This document shows positions 39,597 through 49,811 of a stretch of 63,101 bases of DNA, piece by piece. Within the stretch, counting starts at the first letter, position 1. The number at the start of each line of letters is the position of its first letter. Made by a program: the position numbers and the translations under genes. Origin of the DNA: a virus (taxonomy: Duplodnaviria; Caudoviricetes); the IMG/VR virus record IMGVR_UViG_3300014613_000003, positions 1 through 63,101 of that record. One strand, given 5' to 3'. The notes beneath the pieces were generated by a model. The model did not search any database, was not told the DNA's origin, and was given only the letters and a program-made list of their open reading frames with translations.

Positions 39597-40279
39597 CGCT
39601 CCAGCTCCTGCATGGCCTTCGCCTCGGCCAGCGCCTTTTCCTCGTCGGCCAGCCGCTGCGGCCGAACCCATGCGCAGACCGGGCCGTCATCGGTGTCGTG
39701 AATGGAGAAGATGAACCAGCCGCCGCACTCGCCGGGCGGTGTGCTGGGTTTCCAGTCACGGCTCGCAGCTACGCCGGTGGCCATGTAGTGCTCCACCATG
39801 TCGACCGGGGCGTCGTCATTGAAGTAGGTTTCGGTCAGTTGCAGCCCGCGTTCATGGAACCAGCGGTACGGAATCCCGCCGTCGCCATTGCTGGGGCAGG
39901 CCGGATGGGACCAGAAGCCGTTCTCGTCGCGCAGCACCACCATGGGCCGGATGGCGGTGCCGTTGCGGCATTCGTGCTCGATCGCGGCGAGGATCAGCGC
40001 GCCGGCCTTGGCCAGGTCGTTCAGCCTGTCGTGGCTGGGCTTGAAGAACTCCGGAGCCCACGGCCACATGGTCGTGGAGCTGCCAGCACGGCCGGCAAGC
40101 GAGGCGTAGCAGGCTGCCGCCTGGTTGAGCTCGTCCGCGTCGTACTGGTCGTCATGCTCGGGCGTGTAGCCCTTGACCTGGATCTGCTCGCAGCGCTCGG
40201 CCGCCACGGCGGCGATGGCTACCTGGGCGAAATAGGACAGTTCGTTAGTGGGGGTTTCGGTAGGGGTGTTGGTCTGCAT
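39593..40279 (-). CDS. Conserved phage protein (two fused domains)
   Basis: ERCEQIQVKGYTPEHDD...WPW...AGALILAAIE plus RDENGFWSHP...HDTDDGPVCAW. Confidence 0.7.
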   Translation of the reverse strand: MQTNTPTETPTNELSYFAQVAIAAVAAERCEQIQVKGYTPEHDDQYDADELNQAAACYASLAGRAGSSTTMWPWAPEFFKPSHDRLNDLAKAGALILAAIEHECRNGTAIRPMVVLRDENGFWSHPACPSNGDGGIPYRWFHERGLQLTETYFNDDAPVDMVEHYMATGVAASRDWKPSTPPGECGGWFIFSIHDTDDGPVCAWVRPQRLADEEKALAEAKAMQELER

Positions 40280-40304
40280 GGTTGATGCCTCTTGTGTGCG
40301 CGCC

Positions 40305-40643
40305 TCAGATCGTGCGCGGTTGCCAATCAGGCCGCCCGCGTGGCGGCTCCTTGGGTTCTTCTGGTTTGGGTGGGGCGGGTGGAGGGGTAGCCTTGCGATC
40401 GCTGCATATGCGCCGGTAGAAGCCCCCGCCATGCGGATCTTCCCAGCCTTCGGGAAGGTGGAATCGCAGTGCGTGGCCAAGGCTGCACGGGTTGTAGTCG
40501 TCCGGCGGGTCGCCGCGCTTCGTCCAGGGCTTGAAGCGCTGGCAGTCGTGGCAATACTCGGCTGGCTCGCCCCTCTCCCGCTCAACGCGCCGATTCAGCA
40601 GCTCGTCCATAAGCTGCTGGTCGGTGTAGTGCTCCAGGCTCAT
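40305..40643 (-). CDS. Cys-rich hypothetical protein
   Basis: Coupled ORF with CxxC. Confidence 0.6.
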   Translation of the reverse strand: MSLEHYTDQQLMDELLNRRVERERGEPAEYCHDCQRFKPWTKRGDPPDDYNPCSLGHALRFHLPEGWEDPHGGGFYRRICSDRKATPPPAPPKPEEPKEPPRGRPDWQPRTI

Positions 40644-41128
40644 GCCCGCGCCTTGGGTGGCTTGGTTACGGCATCTTCCCAGCTCATTGCCGGGTTATCC
40701 CGTAGACGCCTGTTCGCTGTCCGGTAGCCGACAATGCCAAAGTGGTTGCACAGCGCGTAAACCGTACCTCGCACGCCGCGCACCTCCCCGACCTTGCCTC
40801 TTGGCTTGGCCAGGGCGCTCCGGTCTGCTGTGATGGCCTCGCTCCAGCTGAGCGTCGGATCGCGTTGCCGTCTCTGTAGGGCTGTTGAATAAGTAGCCGC
40901 CTTAAAGTACCGGCACAGCAACTTTGCCGGCCCCTTCATGCCGCCGGCCGACACTTCCAGGTTGCGCTTGTGAGGGGTGGTAATAGCCGCTTCCCAGCTA
41001 AGGCTGGGGTCGCGCCACTTCCGGGTTTTCGCCGTGTTCCAGCTGACAATGCCGAAGTGCTTGCACAGCTCCGGCCCGGTACCCGACACGCCGCGCACTG
41101 TAAGTTTTTCCTTTCGTGATCGCCGCAT
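40640..41128 (-). CDS. Basic protein of three tandem HTH-like repeats
   Basis: 3x V.G..G...LC.(H/Y)F.....TA..R..RD.P.(L/M)SW..A(I/V)T; GGAGG RBS. Confidence 0.7.
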   Translation of the reverse strand: MRRSRKEKLTVRGVSGTGPELCKHFGIVSWNTAKTRKWRDPSLSWEAAITTPHKRNLEVSAGGMKGPAKLLCRYFKAATYSTALQRRQRDPTLSWSEAITADRSALAKPRGKVGEVRGVRGTVYALCNHFGIVGYRTANRRLRDNPAMSWEDAVTKPPKARA

Positions 41129-41140
41129 GGCGCCCTCCAG

Positions 41141-41662
41141 TTAGAACAGGCTGAGCGTTTGCCCGCGCTGCGTGTCTACGGCGGGCGGTGGTGGCAGCGG
41201 GCGCGCTTTGCGTGCGGGCGCCGGCGGGGTTTCGGTACCGACGCGCAGTTCCTGCGGGATAGGCAGCGGATTGAGCGCAGCGGCCAGCGCCGGCCCGTTG
41301 TCGTAGGGCTGCCAGGCGTCGATCAGATCCCAGCGCTCGGCGAAGTAGGACGGCCGCTCGATGTAGTGGCCGCCAGTGGTGAACCGGACCCGTATCAGGC
41401 CGGTACCGACCGGGCGCTGCTCGATCGGCGTCCAGGGTTGCGCGTCTACAGGTATCGGTTTTGGTACCGCTGGCGCTGGCTCGTCCATTGCCAGGAACAT
41501 GCGCTGCGCTTCGTTGCCGATCGCCACCACCTTGCCGGCGACGATCAGGCTGCCGTACAGGTTGCGCTCGCAGGCCTTGCAAACCTGGTACTCGAACACG
41601 ATGCCGACCTTCGAGCGCGTCACGCTGGCGTCCTTCATGGATCCGCCGCACTTACACTCCAT
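41141..41662 (-). CDS. Zn-ribbon hypothetical protein
   Basis: MECKCGG...CKAC; ends in TLSLF. Confidence 0.6.
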   Translation of the reverse strand: MECKCGGSMKDASVTRSKVGIVFEYQVCKACERNLYGSLIVAGKVVAIGNEAQRMFLAMDEPAPAVPKPIPVDAQPWTPIEQRPVGTGLIRVRFTTGGHYIERPSYFAERWDLIDAWQPYDNGPALAAALNPLPIPQELRVGTETPPAPARKARPLPPPPAVDTQRGQTLSLF

Positions 41663-42356
41663 GGGCCTGCTCCACGCGCTTGAACTCGACGACCCAGACC
41701 CAAGGGTTGGCGTTGTAGCTGTCGACGCCATAGAGCGATGACCAGAGGATGCTGAGCAGTTCGGTAGCGGAGTAGCAGTTGCCGTCCGGGTCGAGGTCGT
41801 GCTCACAGGCCCGTACGCCCTCGGCTTCCGCCTGTTCCTCGGTGGTGCCCTGTAGGCGCTCGACACGCACGTCGGTGATTTCGAGCAGGATGCGTGAGGC
41901 CCAGCGTGGCATATGGATCGACGGGCGCCAGCGCCCCTCGGCGCCTGAAAGCAGATCTTCGGACCAGACAGCGAAGTGATATTGCTTCACACGCTCATCG
42001 TCGTAATTGAACGCGCCGTCCTCGTCGTGGAAGCTGGGTTCTGCCATAAGGTCGCGGATATCGTCATCGGCGCGATAGGCGATACCAGGAGCGCCTGCCA
42101 GGTTGACGTCGCCCCAGGTTTCGCGCACCCACAGCCGGTCGCCCGGCTGGCCGAACGGGCAGAAATAGGTAATGCCGAAGGCGACAGGCCGCTCGCGGTT
42201 CACCTTCTGCCATTGGGCCTTACTCATGGTTTCGCCCAGTCGGTCGGGATCAAGCCCGGCAGGTAGTGCGCGCCGCGTGACTGTCTTGCGGCCTTCCAGG
42301 ATGGCGCAGACCATCGCGCCGTTGAACAGAATCGGACGTTCCTTTTTCTCGGACAT
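41652..42356 (-). CDS. ASCH/PUA-like phage protein
   Basis: ERPILFNGAMVCAILEGRKTVTRR, GDRLWVRET, WRPSIHMPRWASRILLEITDVRVERL. Confidence 0.8.
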   Translation of the reverse strand: MSEKKERPILFNGAMVCAILEGRKTVTRRALPAGLDPDRLGETMSKAQWQKVNRERPVAFGITYFCPFGQPGDRLWVRETWGDVNLAGAPGIAYRADDDIRDLMAEPSFHDEDGAFNYDDERVKQYHFAVWSEDLLSGAEGRWRPSIHMPRWASRILLEITDVRVERLQGTTEEQAEAEGVRACEHDLDPDGNCYSATELLSILWSSLYGVDSYNANPWVWVVEFKRVEQAHGV

Positions 42357-42408
42357 AGCAGTCTCCATGCCCGCCGGGCGCGCCGGCGGGTTCTATGGTT
42401 GCGGATGG

Positions 42409-42624
42409 CTAGGGGCGGGCTTTGGTGGTGCCTTTCCAGAATGGTCGGCCCACTTCCTCGCCTTCGCCGGCGGGGCGGTACCGATCGCAGATGACCGCAA
42501 CGTCTACGCCGTCGCGGCGGTGGACCTTCATCGTGTGGAACGGCAGCTTGCTGCAATCGGCCAGGCGATCAGCGCAGCCAGCGCACCGGCCGCCCTTGGG
42601 GTAGTAGTTCGCGGCCTTAGTCAC
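42409..42624 (-). CDS. Small Cys-rich hypothetical protein
   Basis: YYPKGGRCAGC...DCSKLPF; GTG start. Confidence 0.55.
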   Translation of the reverse strand: MTKAANYYPKGGRCAGCADRLADCSKLPFHTMKVHRRDGVDVAVICDRYRPAGEGEEVGRPFWKGTTKARP

Positions 42625-43174
42625 AACTGCCGCCCTCGCTATCGATGCCCTCGGGGGCGGCTTGCCGGAACAGGCCAGGTCGAACGATCGTGATGCCCAG
42701 CGCTTCAGCCCGCCGGCGCGCCTTGTTTCCGCTGCCGGGCGTGAAGTCGGGTATCTCGTCGCCAGCCGACGATTGCTGGCGCAGTCGTGCGACCTCGGCT
42801 CGCAGCAGTCGAGCTTGCCGGGGCGCATCATGGTCAGCCGGCGCAGTCGGCACCACGCCGCGCAGCAGCTCGGAAACGGCCGTCTCGGCGTTGATCCGGC
42901 TCGGGTGTGGCTCAGCGATCAGCAAGCGCTCGCACGCCCAGCGCGGGACCGGCAGGCAGCCGTGCGGCAATGCGATGGTTTCGAGCCGGGTTTCGATAAG
43001 CCGCACCGCGCGATCGACCGCTACCGGCACCACTTCGCCGCGGATCCGCTCGGCCGCACGATCAATGGCGGCCTGGATGAACTGGGGCGGCGGGCCTTCC
43101 GGCGGCGTCATGCCGGTGATGGCGGCAAGCATGCCTCTCAGGGCGTCCGTTGCGACGGCTTGAACCTTGTCCAT
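42617..43174 (-). CDS. Hypothetical protein
   Basis: AGGAGG RBS; EIPDFTPGSGNKARRRA motif. Confidence 0.65.
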   Translation of the reverse strand: MDKVQAVATDALRGMLAAITGMTPPEGPPPQFIQAAIDRAAERIRGEVVPVAVDRAVRLIETRLETIALPHGCLPVPRWACERLLIAEPHPSRINAETAVSELLRGVVPTAPADHDAPRQARLLRAEVARLRQQSSAGDEIPDFTPGSGNKARRRAEALGITIVRPGLFRQAAPEGIDSEGGSCD

Positions 43175-43581
43175 TAAGCAACCTCCTTTGCGTTCTCGGC
43201 CTCGTACTCGGTATTGAACACGTCGACCAGCTTGTGCGGGTTGAGCGCTACGGCAGCCATGGCGATCGACTGACGCCAAGCCGGGTGTGCGGCGCGGGTG
43301 GATATGCTGCGCATCACTGAGCGCAGCTTGCCGGGGTTGGGGTAGAGCCGGCGGGCCAGGTTGAGCGCCAGCACGACGGTCAGCTCGTCCAGCGGCTGCG
43401 AGCCGCTGCGCCACCACAAATGCTCTTTGCCCGGCGGGGCGGTTTCGCGGATGGCTTGGCCGTCGGCCTCCAGGGCGCGCAGATCCGCGCGCACCTGGTT
43501 GACGGTCAGGCCGGTGGCCTTCACCAGCAGCGAGACGGTCATGCCGTCAGGGTGGGTCAGGTGACGCCAGATAGGGGTCAT
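43174..43581 (-). CDS. Winged-HTH protein
   Basis: GMTVSLLVKATGLTVNQVRADLRALEADG. Confidence 0.65.
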   Translation of the reverse strand: MTPIWRHLTHPDGMTVSLLVKATGLTVNQVRADLRALEADGQAIRETAPPGKEHLWWRSGSQPLDELTVVLALNLARRLYPNPGKLRSVMRSISTRAAHPAWRQSIAMAAVALNPHKLVDVFNTEYEAENAKEVA

Positions 43582-44372
43582 CGCTGTTTTGCCTCCAGGG
43601 TCATGCAATCTTCAAATTCTTCGGGGCTGCGGAAGTGGAGCGCCCCGGTTTTCGCGTCACGGTAGGCGACAACCTGGACGCCCTCGTAGACGCCCAAGCC
43701 ATCAGCGGTACCCAGCAGGACGAAGCGGCCACCGTCGCAGTTGTCGGCATAGACCGACACGGCGCGCACCGGCTGAGTGGGTACGTTGAGGCCCGCTTGC
43801 AGCTGTTCGATCTGCTCGTTCAGCGTGTCGACCTGCTGGAGCGCGGCGAAGGCCATATGCTGCGCATCGGCCGACCATGCGGCCTCTTGCTCGGCGACGG
43901 CACGCCAGTGCTCGACCTCCGGCAGGATGGAAAGCACGACGCTGGAGCTGGGTTCGCGCTGCTCGGCCTCGGCGATCATGTCCAGACTTCGAGCGAAGCG
44001 CTCTGCGCCCTGCTCGCTGAGCATGGGGTAGAGCGTGCCGTCGAGCGGGTCGCGCACCGCATACAGGCGCACGGGGCGCTGTAGGGTGGCCATGTTTTCA
44101 GGCGCTACGGCGTCGATACGCTGGAGCATCTGCGGCTCCATGCCGCGCCCGTGGTACCGGCGTATCTCGCGCAGGGTGCCGTGCAGATCCTTGATGGTGC
44201 GGGTGCTGCGCTCTTGGCCGCGACGCACTTCGGCATAGTCGGCCATTACTTCGGCGAGCAGCTGCGCCATGGAGGCGATCAGCGGGGTGTCGCAGGCGTC
44301 ACTGGCCAGGACTTTCCCGGCACGCTCGATCAGGTCAGCGGCCCGCCGTGCGGTGTCATCGGCGCGTCTCAT
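43578..44372 (-). CDS. Hypothetical protein
   Basis: GGAGG RBS; C-terminal VVAYRDAKTGALHFRSPEEF. Confidence 0.65.
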   Translation of the reverse strand: MRRADDTARRAADLIERAGKVLASDACDTPLIASMAQLLAEVMADYAEVRRGQERSTRTIKDLHGTLREIRRYHGRGMEPQMLQRIDAVAPENMATLQRPVRLYAVRDPLDGTLYPMLSEQGAERFARSLDMIAEAEQREPSSSVVLSILPEVEHWRAVAEQEAAWSADAQHMAFAALQQVDTLNEQIEQLQAGLNVPTQPVRAVSVYADNCDGGRFVLLGTADGLGVYEGVQVVAYRDAKTGALHFRSPEEFEDCMTLEAKQR

Positions 44373-44572
44373 ACGCTGGCCACCTCCGCATCTTCATAGG
44401 TGCGTTCGCCGGTGGCGCCCTGGTCGCTGTCGATGGCGATGGTTTTCAGGGTGCGCGCATGGCGGCGCAGTTGATCGGCGGTGTAGCGCCCGGCCGGCAG
44501 GCCGGTTATCTCAATAAGCGCCGTTCCGTCAGCGTCTTGGGTGTGTCGGGCTATCAGCGGGTCGTGGCGCAT
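44369..44572 (-). CDS. Hypothetical protein
   Basis: AAGGA RBS, coupled to the next gene. Confidence 0.6.
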   Translation of the reverse strand: MRHDPLIARHTQDADGTALIEITGLPAGRYTADQLRRHARTLKTIAIDSDQGATGERTYEDAEVASV

Positions 44573-44722
44573 TGTTCTTTTCCTTCTTTGGCACGTTATG
44601 ACGGAAACACGCGCAGCCCTCGGCGGGCACTGGCTTGCGCGTGGTGCGGCAAATTTCGGGGCGGTCCATGGGGTGTCTCGGTTGAATGCCCAGCCGGCGA
44701 GCGGCTGGGCGGTGGTGCGGGT

Positions 44723-44965
44723 TTATTGCGGGTTGATCTGCGCTTTCAGTGCGGCGATCGTCAGTCGCAACTCGGCATGACCTTCAAGGTAGCTTTCAAC
44801 GGCCTGAATCATCACCGTGTTCATGCTGCTGTGGCTTGCCTTGGCCACCGCCTGTATCTGGTCGCGCATCCCGTCGGGCAGGCGCACGACGAACTTGTCC
44901 ATGTCGCGCGACGAGGTACTTAAAAGTCCCTTGGTTGAGCGCAGGGGCTTTTTCTTGGTAGTCAC
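44723..44965 (-). CDS. Arc/AmrZ-like RHH DNA-binding protein
   Basis: SSRDMDKFVVRLPDGMRDQIQAVAKASHSSMN closely resembles the AmrZ/Arc DNA-binding domain. Confidence 0.85.
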   Translation of the reverse strand: MTTKKKPLRSTKGLLSTSSRDMDKFVVRLPDGMRDQIQAVAKASHSSMNTVMIQAVESYLEGHAELRLTIAALKAQINPQ

Positions 44966-45930
44966 TTGGCTGCCTCCTTCTGCTGTTCCTCGGGTGCCTT
45001 CTCTGCCGGCTCCTGGTACCCGAACAGATCGCACAGCGCCTGGATGACTGCCACCAGCTGCAATACCTGAGTGCCGGCTGAATGCTTCCAGAGGTCTTCC
45101 ATGGTGTCGAAGTCCGGCGTCTCGCCATCAGCCTCCGATTCGTTATGGATGAACTCAATGCGGCGCAGGTGGAAGTCCTTGGTCAGCAGAAACGACACGG
45201 CGTTGGCGTGGACAAGCTCCAGGCGCGGAACTTCCATGCCGGCGCTGAGCGCTTCAATCAGGCCTTGGTGGGCGCTGTCCAGGTTGTCCAGGTCAAAGGT
45301 CGCCTTGGCGCCCTTCTCACCGGTCAGCACTACCGAGTCACCGACCTTGAAGCCTTCAAAGGCCTCTTTGTTGCAAATCTCGCCTTCGCAATCGGCGCCG
45401 TAATAGCTCTTTAGCCGCGTGGTCAGACCGCCCTTAACGTTGCTGACCCATATCGTGCTGGTTTCCAGCGCGCCGCAAGCCTCTACCAACAGGCCGACCA
45501 GGCGCCCCGCCACGTTCTTGTTGGTCGACGGAACGATCAGCGAACGGCTTTCAATGTGGTAGTAGGCGTTCAGCTCGGAGCGCTCGGGGAGCGTGTTCTT
45601 GATGGTGTTCAAGAACAGCTCTTCCTTGATGGTGCCGGCCTCGTCGTCGGTCAGCTGGCGTCCTAGCTCGGTTTCTTTAGCGTTCAGCGCCTCCAGCTGC
45701 GCCATACGCAGCGCCTTGATCGAGACAGGTTTCACGTCAGAGCGCAGGCGGAAAGCGAAACCGCCGGGAAACTCGGCCACCAGGCGGTCATCCAGGCAGG
45801 GCACGAAGCCGGACGCGCTGGCTTGCGTCTCCAGCACCGGCACAAACGGCTTTTCGGCCAGGTGGTCGGCGAGCGCTGCGGCAGCTGGGAGGGTGGCCTT
45901 GTAAACGATGGCGTTGCGAATCAGTTGCAT
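44962..45930 (-). CDS. rdgC: Recombination-associated protein RdgC (phage type)
   Basis: IRNAIVYK...SGFVP...FLLTKDFHLRRIEF; size and context. Confidence 0.8.
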   Translation of the reverse strand: MQLIRNAIVYKATLPAAAALADHLAEKPFVPVLETQASASGFVPCLDDRLVAEFPGGFAFRLRSDVKPVSIKALRMAQLEALNAKETELGRQLTDDEAGTIKEELFLNTIKNTLPERSELNAYYHIESRSLIVPSTNKNVAGRLVGLLVEACGALETSTIWVSNVKGGLTTRLKSYYGADCEGEICNKEAFEGFKVGDSVVLTGEKGAKATFDLDNLDSAHQGLIEALSAGMEVPRLELVHANAVSFLLTKDFHLRRIEFIHNESEADGETPDFDTMEDLWKHSAGTQVLQLVAVIQALCDLFGYQEPAEKAPEEQQKEAAK

Positions 45931-45955
45931 AGGGGTATGTCCTTGTTGTGCTGGG

Positions 45956-46345
45956 TTATTTGCGCCGGCGCGCCTTGGCGGCTTTCTTCGCGGCTAGTTG
46001 GGTGGCGGGAATCAACACGTACAGCGCGTAGTGTTGGTCAATCACACCGGGGGTTGCCTTGACCAGATCGTCGGTCTGGCGGTGCGCGGCGGCGATCGCG
46101 GCGTCATAGGGAAGACGGTCGCGTCCGCCGAGTGTCAGATTCATTTCCAGCCGTTCGGCTGGGCGTTGGCCGGCAGCATTCAGCGGGCCGTTGGTGATGA
46201 CCGTCGAGACGATCCGCCAGCGCTGCGTAGCCTGGGTAAAAGTGCGCGGCCCGACCAGCTGGGGCGTCATGCCGTACAGACGGCCGGGGGCGCTGTGTTC
46301 AACGTGCCGATACTCGGCGATCTTCAAAGCCTGGAAATTCTTCAT
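45956..46345 (-). CDS. Hypothetical protein
   Basis: Fills the gap between ssb and rdgC. Confidence 0.55.
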   Translation of the reverse strand: MKNFQALKIAEYRHVEHSAPGRLYGMTPQLVGPRTFTQATQRWRIVSTVITNGPLNAAGQRPAERLEMNLTLGGRDRLPYDAAIAAAHRQTDDLVKATPGVIDQHYALYVLIPATQLAAKKAAKARRRK

Positions 46346-46366
46346 AGGGGTTGTGCTGGCGGCGTA

Positions 46367-46876
46367 TCAGGTCAGAAGGCAGCGAGCCCCGCGATAGGGG
46401 TCCGCGAACGGTATGTCGTCGTCGAAGTAGTCTGGCGGCGGCTGCTGGGTCGGCTGGGTGCGCGCTGCGTTATCTTGCGGCCCTGACTGGCGCTGTGGCC
46501 GTGACTGCTGGCGCGGGGCGCCGTCGTCATTGCCGCGACCGCCAAGCAACTGCATGGTGCCGCCCATATCGACGACAACCTCAGTGGTGTAACGCTTAAC
46601 GCCATCCTTCTCCCATTCGCGGGTTTGCAGGCGGCCCTCGATGTAGCACTGCGAGCCCTTGCGCAGATACTCGCCAGCGACCTCGGCGACCTTGCCGAAC
46701 AGCACGACACGGTGCCACTCGGTGCGCTCTTGCAGCTGGCCGGTCTGCTTGTCCTTCCAGCTGTCGGTGGTGGCCAGGGTGATGGTGGTCACCGCATTGC
46801 CGTTGGGCATGTAGCGGACTTCGGGATCTGATCCGCAATTGCCGATCAGGATTACTTTATTGACGCCTCGCGCCAT
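46367..46876 (-). CDS. ssb: Single-stranded DNA-binding protein
   Basis: [22 protein letters not shown]...TEWHRVV...DDDIPF. Confidence 0.97.
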   Translation of the reverse strand: MARGVNKVILIGNCGSDPEVRYMPNGNAVTTITLATTDSWKDKQTGQLQERTEWHRVVLFGKVAEVAGEYLRKGSQCYIEGRLQTREWEKDGVKRYTTEVVVDMGGTMQLLGGRGNDDGAPRQQSRPQRQSGPQDNAARTQPTQQPPPDYFDDDIPFADPYRGARCLLT

Positions 46877-46923
46877 GGCTGCGTACCTCAGTTGAAGCCC
46901 CGGCGAACCGGGGCGGTGGATGG

Positions 46924-47994
46924 TTAAGCGGCTTTCAGAATCTCCATGGCATTGTCCCAGCCTTCCCAATTGTCGACACCCGCGGCGAGCAAGGCGTCGA
47001 GGATGGACTTGGCCTCCATCAGCTCGTTGTACTCGCGGACGGTGATGCTGATTTCCGGCTCGGGCTCCAGCGCGGCGGCTTGCGGCACGATCTGGATAGG
47101 CTGAGGGGTAGCGGCAGGGGCGACCGGCTCGGGGTCGGCTACGGGCTCAGCAGGCGCTACCGCGACCGGCTCAGGCTCCGTGACCGGCTCCAGCGCAGCG
47201 ACGCGGGCACGCTCCATTTCGGCCTGCTGGCGCTGCATTTCGGCTTGCTGGCGTTGCATTTCAGCCTGCTGGCGCTCCATGGCGGCCCGCTGCTCGTCCA
47301 TTTGCCGTTGCATTTCGTCCTGCTGGCGCTGCATTTCTTCGCGCTGGCGGCGCGCCTCGGCCTGCTGGGCTTCCATCTGGCGGCGCATTTCCGCCTGCTC
47401 GGCCTCCAGTTTCTTACGCGCTGTCTCGGCAGCCTCGAACGCCAGACGCTCAGTCAGCATCCGCGCCAGCTCGTCCAGGGCGTTGTCGCGGGCGGCGATC
47501 GCTTCCTTGGTCAGGTCGTAGAAGTCGTGCGAGGCGTCAATCTCGCCGACGCGATCGAGCATGTCGCTGATTTCGGTGCTGGACTTGCCGCGCACGCTGG
47601 CGGGCATGGCAATGATGGCGTCGACCTTGGCTTGCAGGCGGGCGATGCGCGCCTGGCGCTCGCGCTCGATACGGTCATCCACCTCTTTCTTGGCTGCCTT
47701 CATCGGATCTTCCAGGGCGACCAGTTCGGTGGTGATGCGCTTGGCTTCGGCGTCGATGATGCGGCCGGCTTGCAGGTAGGGCTCTTTCTCGCGCTTGCGA
47801 GCGGTTTCCAGGCTGGTGCGTAGCGTGGTCAGCTCTTTGATGCCTCCCTTCACGAAGGCGTAGCCCTCGTCAGTGTTGGCATCCGGCACGGCTGCATACT
47901 TCTCTTTCAGCAGCGCCAGCGCGGCGTCTGTGGCGCTGTACTCGGCAACATTGACGGTGCCGTTTTCGATATCTACCAGGTTCAAAGTGGTCAT
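46924..47994 (-). CDS. Coiled-coil recombination-module protein with EMQRQQA heptad repeats
   Basis: Between the annealase and ssb; 21-bp tandem repeats at about 47215-47390; C-terminal [10 protein letters not shown]. Confidence 0.7.
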   Translation of the reverse strand: MTTLNLVDIENGTVNVAEYSATDAALALLKEKYAAVPDANTDEGYAFVKGGIKELTTLRTSLETARKREKEPYLQAGRIIDAEAKRITTELVALEDPMKAAKKEVDDRIERERQARIARLQAKVDAIIAMPASVRGKSSTEISDMLDRVGEIDASHDFYDLTKEAIAARDNALDELARMLTERLAFEAAETARKKLEAEQAEMRRQMEAQQAEARRQREEMQRQQDEMQRQMDEQRAAMERQQAEMQRQQAEMQRQQAEMERARVAALEPVTEPEPVAVAPAEPVADPEPVAPAATPQPIQIVPQAAALEPEPEISITVREYNELMEAKSILDALLAAGVDNWEGWDNAMEILKAA

Positions 47995-47999
47995 AGGGG

Positions 48000-48770
48000 T
48001 TATGCCTCTGCGGTGGTGGTGATGGGGTTCAGGACGGCCCGGCGGGCGTCCGCTGCTTCGTTGATGCGGGTTTCGATGTTGTCGGGGTTGACCTTCACGA
48101 CAAGCGCCTTGGCGCGCGCGCTCTGTACGACCTGCTTGGTAATCAGCGTCAGTGCGCGCTCGTTGGGGCAGGCTTCAATGGCGCTGATCTGGCCCTTGAG
48201 CCAATCGCTATATTCCTTCTTGGCCTCGGTTAGCACCTGGTCAGCGCCCGATTCGCCCGCTTCCTCCAGCGCCTTTTTCAGGTTCAGCCCTTCCAGGTAG
48301 GTTTCATCCTCGAACATGCCGAGGTACACGTCGGCGCAGAAGCCGAGCATCGACAGGCATTTTTTAATGGCGTCGCTCAGGCTCTTTTTCGGGGCGTCGA
48401 AGTCGGTATAAGGGCCGTACTGCGACTTGCGCACATAGGGCGTGTGGCCGTAGTGCGTGATCTGGTTGCGCTTGCCGCCATGGACGTACCAGAGCTTGAT
48501 TTGCATCGTGTGCATCTGCTCGTAGTCCAGAACGGTAGCGCCGTCCTTGGCCATGATCGGTGCGCCGCGATCGAAGCGATCGACCAGCACCTCGTAGCCC
48601 CAGCCCTTACCAAGTGGGCCGAACTGCTCGGTGGCGCGCTGGACCATGTACAGGGTGTTGATCGACGTGACCGGGCGGCCGTCGAGCTGGGCTGTTTTGG
48701 TGAAATCCTTATCGGTTTCTTTCACCTGCTCCCATATAGCCATCTTGGGATTTGGGGTTTGGCGTGACAT
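48000..48770 (-). CDS. Sak/Rad52-like single-strand annealing protein
   Basis: ATEQFGPLGKGWG and DAPKKSLSDAIKKCLSMLGFCADVYLG. Confidence 0.75.
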   Translation of the reverse strand: MSRQTPNPKMAIWEQVKETDKDFTKTAQLDGRPVTSINTLYMVQRATEQFGPLGKGWGYEVLVDRFDRGAPIMAKDGATVLDYEQMHTMQIKLWYVHGGKRNQITHYGHTPYVRKSQYGPYTDFDAPKKSLSDAIKKCLSMLGFCADVYLGMFEDETYLEGLNLKKALEEAGESGADQVLTEAKKEYSDWLKGQISAIEACPNERALTLITKQVVQSARAKALVVKVNPDNIETRINEAADARRAVLNPITTTAEA

Positions 48771-48905
48771 AAGAAACTCCTACGCGCTGCCGGAAACAGC
48801 GCGTTGATCGGTGAGGGTGTAGGGGGGTGGTTCAGCGCAAGAGGTAGATCCAGAAGCCGCAATGGGCGGCAGTCATCAGAATCACGACGGCCCAAGTGAT
48901 GCGCT

Positions 48906-49034
48906 TCACGACAGCCCCCCGCTGAGACGATCGACCAGGCCGTAGATGGCGACCAGGCCGAGAAAGAACAGCACGCCGACGGCGCACTCAATCCAGAAAT
49001 CGCGGCGACGTTGCCGCTGGGCGCTACTGGCCAT
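48906..49034 (-). CDS. Small membrane protein, 42 aa
   Basis: GAGGTG RBS; RRR followed by a hydrophobic helix. Confidence 0.5.
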   Translation of the reverse strand: MASSAQRQRRRDFWIECAVGVLFFLGLVAIYGLVDRLSGGLS

Positions 49035-49206
49035 GCTTCACCTCGACATACCAGCGCCCGCGCTTGATCGTCAGCAGCGAATACATCGGCACGGCGATCA
49101 GCGGTGTGTCAGGCGACAGCCCGAGCGCTTCGGGAAGGGTTTGCCCTGGATGAACCAGGACGGTGATGGTTGGGGTTGCTGGCGCCTTCCTGGCTGCGGC
49201 GTTCAT
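49024..49206 (-). CDS. Hypothetical protein
   Basis: Coupled small ORF. Confidence 0.5.
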   Translation of the reverse strand: MNAAARKAPATPTITVLVHPGQTLPEALGLSPDTPLIAVPMYSLLTIKRGRWYVEVKHGQ

Positions 49207-49664
49207 CGCAAGGCAGCCTCATAGCGGACGATCAGTTCGCGGCGGCGGTAATCAAAGGCGTTCATGCGCAGCGCATGAAGGGTGTCGGCGTCCTGGTGGC
49301 TCATGTTGCCGAACAGGCGGGCGCCGATGATGATGCCGTCCAGCAGGCGATCGCGGTTTATCAGGGCGTCCACGCTTTCGGCGTCACGGATGCCATGAAG
49401 GGTGAAGCGGATCCGCGACAAGCCGGGCTCGTCGGGCTGCTCCAGGCTGCGGCGGCGCGCTTCGTGGCCAATGCGGTTGGCTACGCGGATCGCATTGGCC
49501 CGCAGCAGGCTCTCGCGCAGGCTGCGCTCCAGCGGATTGCTCGAAGCGGTGGCCGGATTCAGGTACTTCTCGGCGCGGCCATAGTTCGGGCCGCGATCGC
49601 GGTTGCGCGCGGTGTAGGGCGCGGCCGTGTCCAGGTTCTGCGGGGGTGTTTGCATGGTGGTCAT
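49203..49664 (-). CDS. Hypothetical protein
   Basis: AGGAG RBS, 153 aa. Confidence 0.65.
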   Translation of the reverse strand: MTTMQTPPQNLDTAAPYTARNRDRGPNYGRAEKYLNPATASSNPLERSLRESLLRANAIRVANRIGHEARRRSLEQPDEPGLSRIRFTLHGIRDAESVDALINRDRLLDGIIIGARLFGNMSHQDADTLHALRMNAFDYRRRELIVRYEAALR

Positions 49665-49767
49665 AGGGGTGACTCCTGCGGGTGTGAGTGCTGCTGTGGA
49701 TGCGCTGGGCGCATCGGAAAGCCAACTGCCTGATTACCAGCGGGCTTTCCGATGGGCACGAAGCGGA

Positions 49768-49811
49768 GGGACGAAGCGGTCCCCCCGGAGCCTGCTGGAC
49801 TATTAAGTCCC
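49768..49811. promoter_or_regulatory. Tandem GGGAC-N6-GTCCC sites
   Basis: GGGACgaagcgGTCCC (49768-49783) and TGGACtattaaGTCCC (49796-49811). Confidence 0.6.

Noticed and set aside
47215-47390. 21-bp tandem repeats as a CRISPR or regulatory array
   Set aside because: In-frame EMQRQQA coiled-coil coding repeats without spacers
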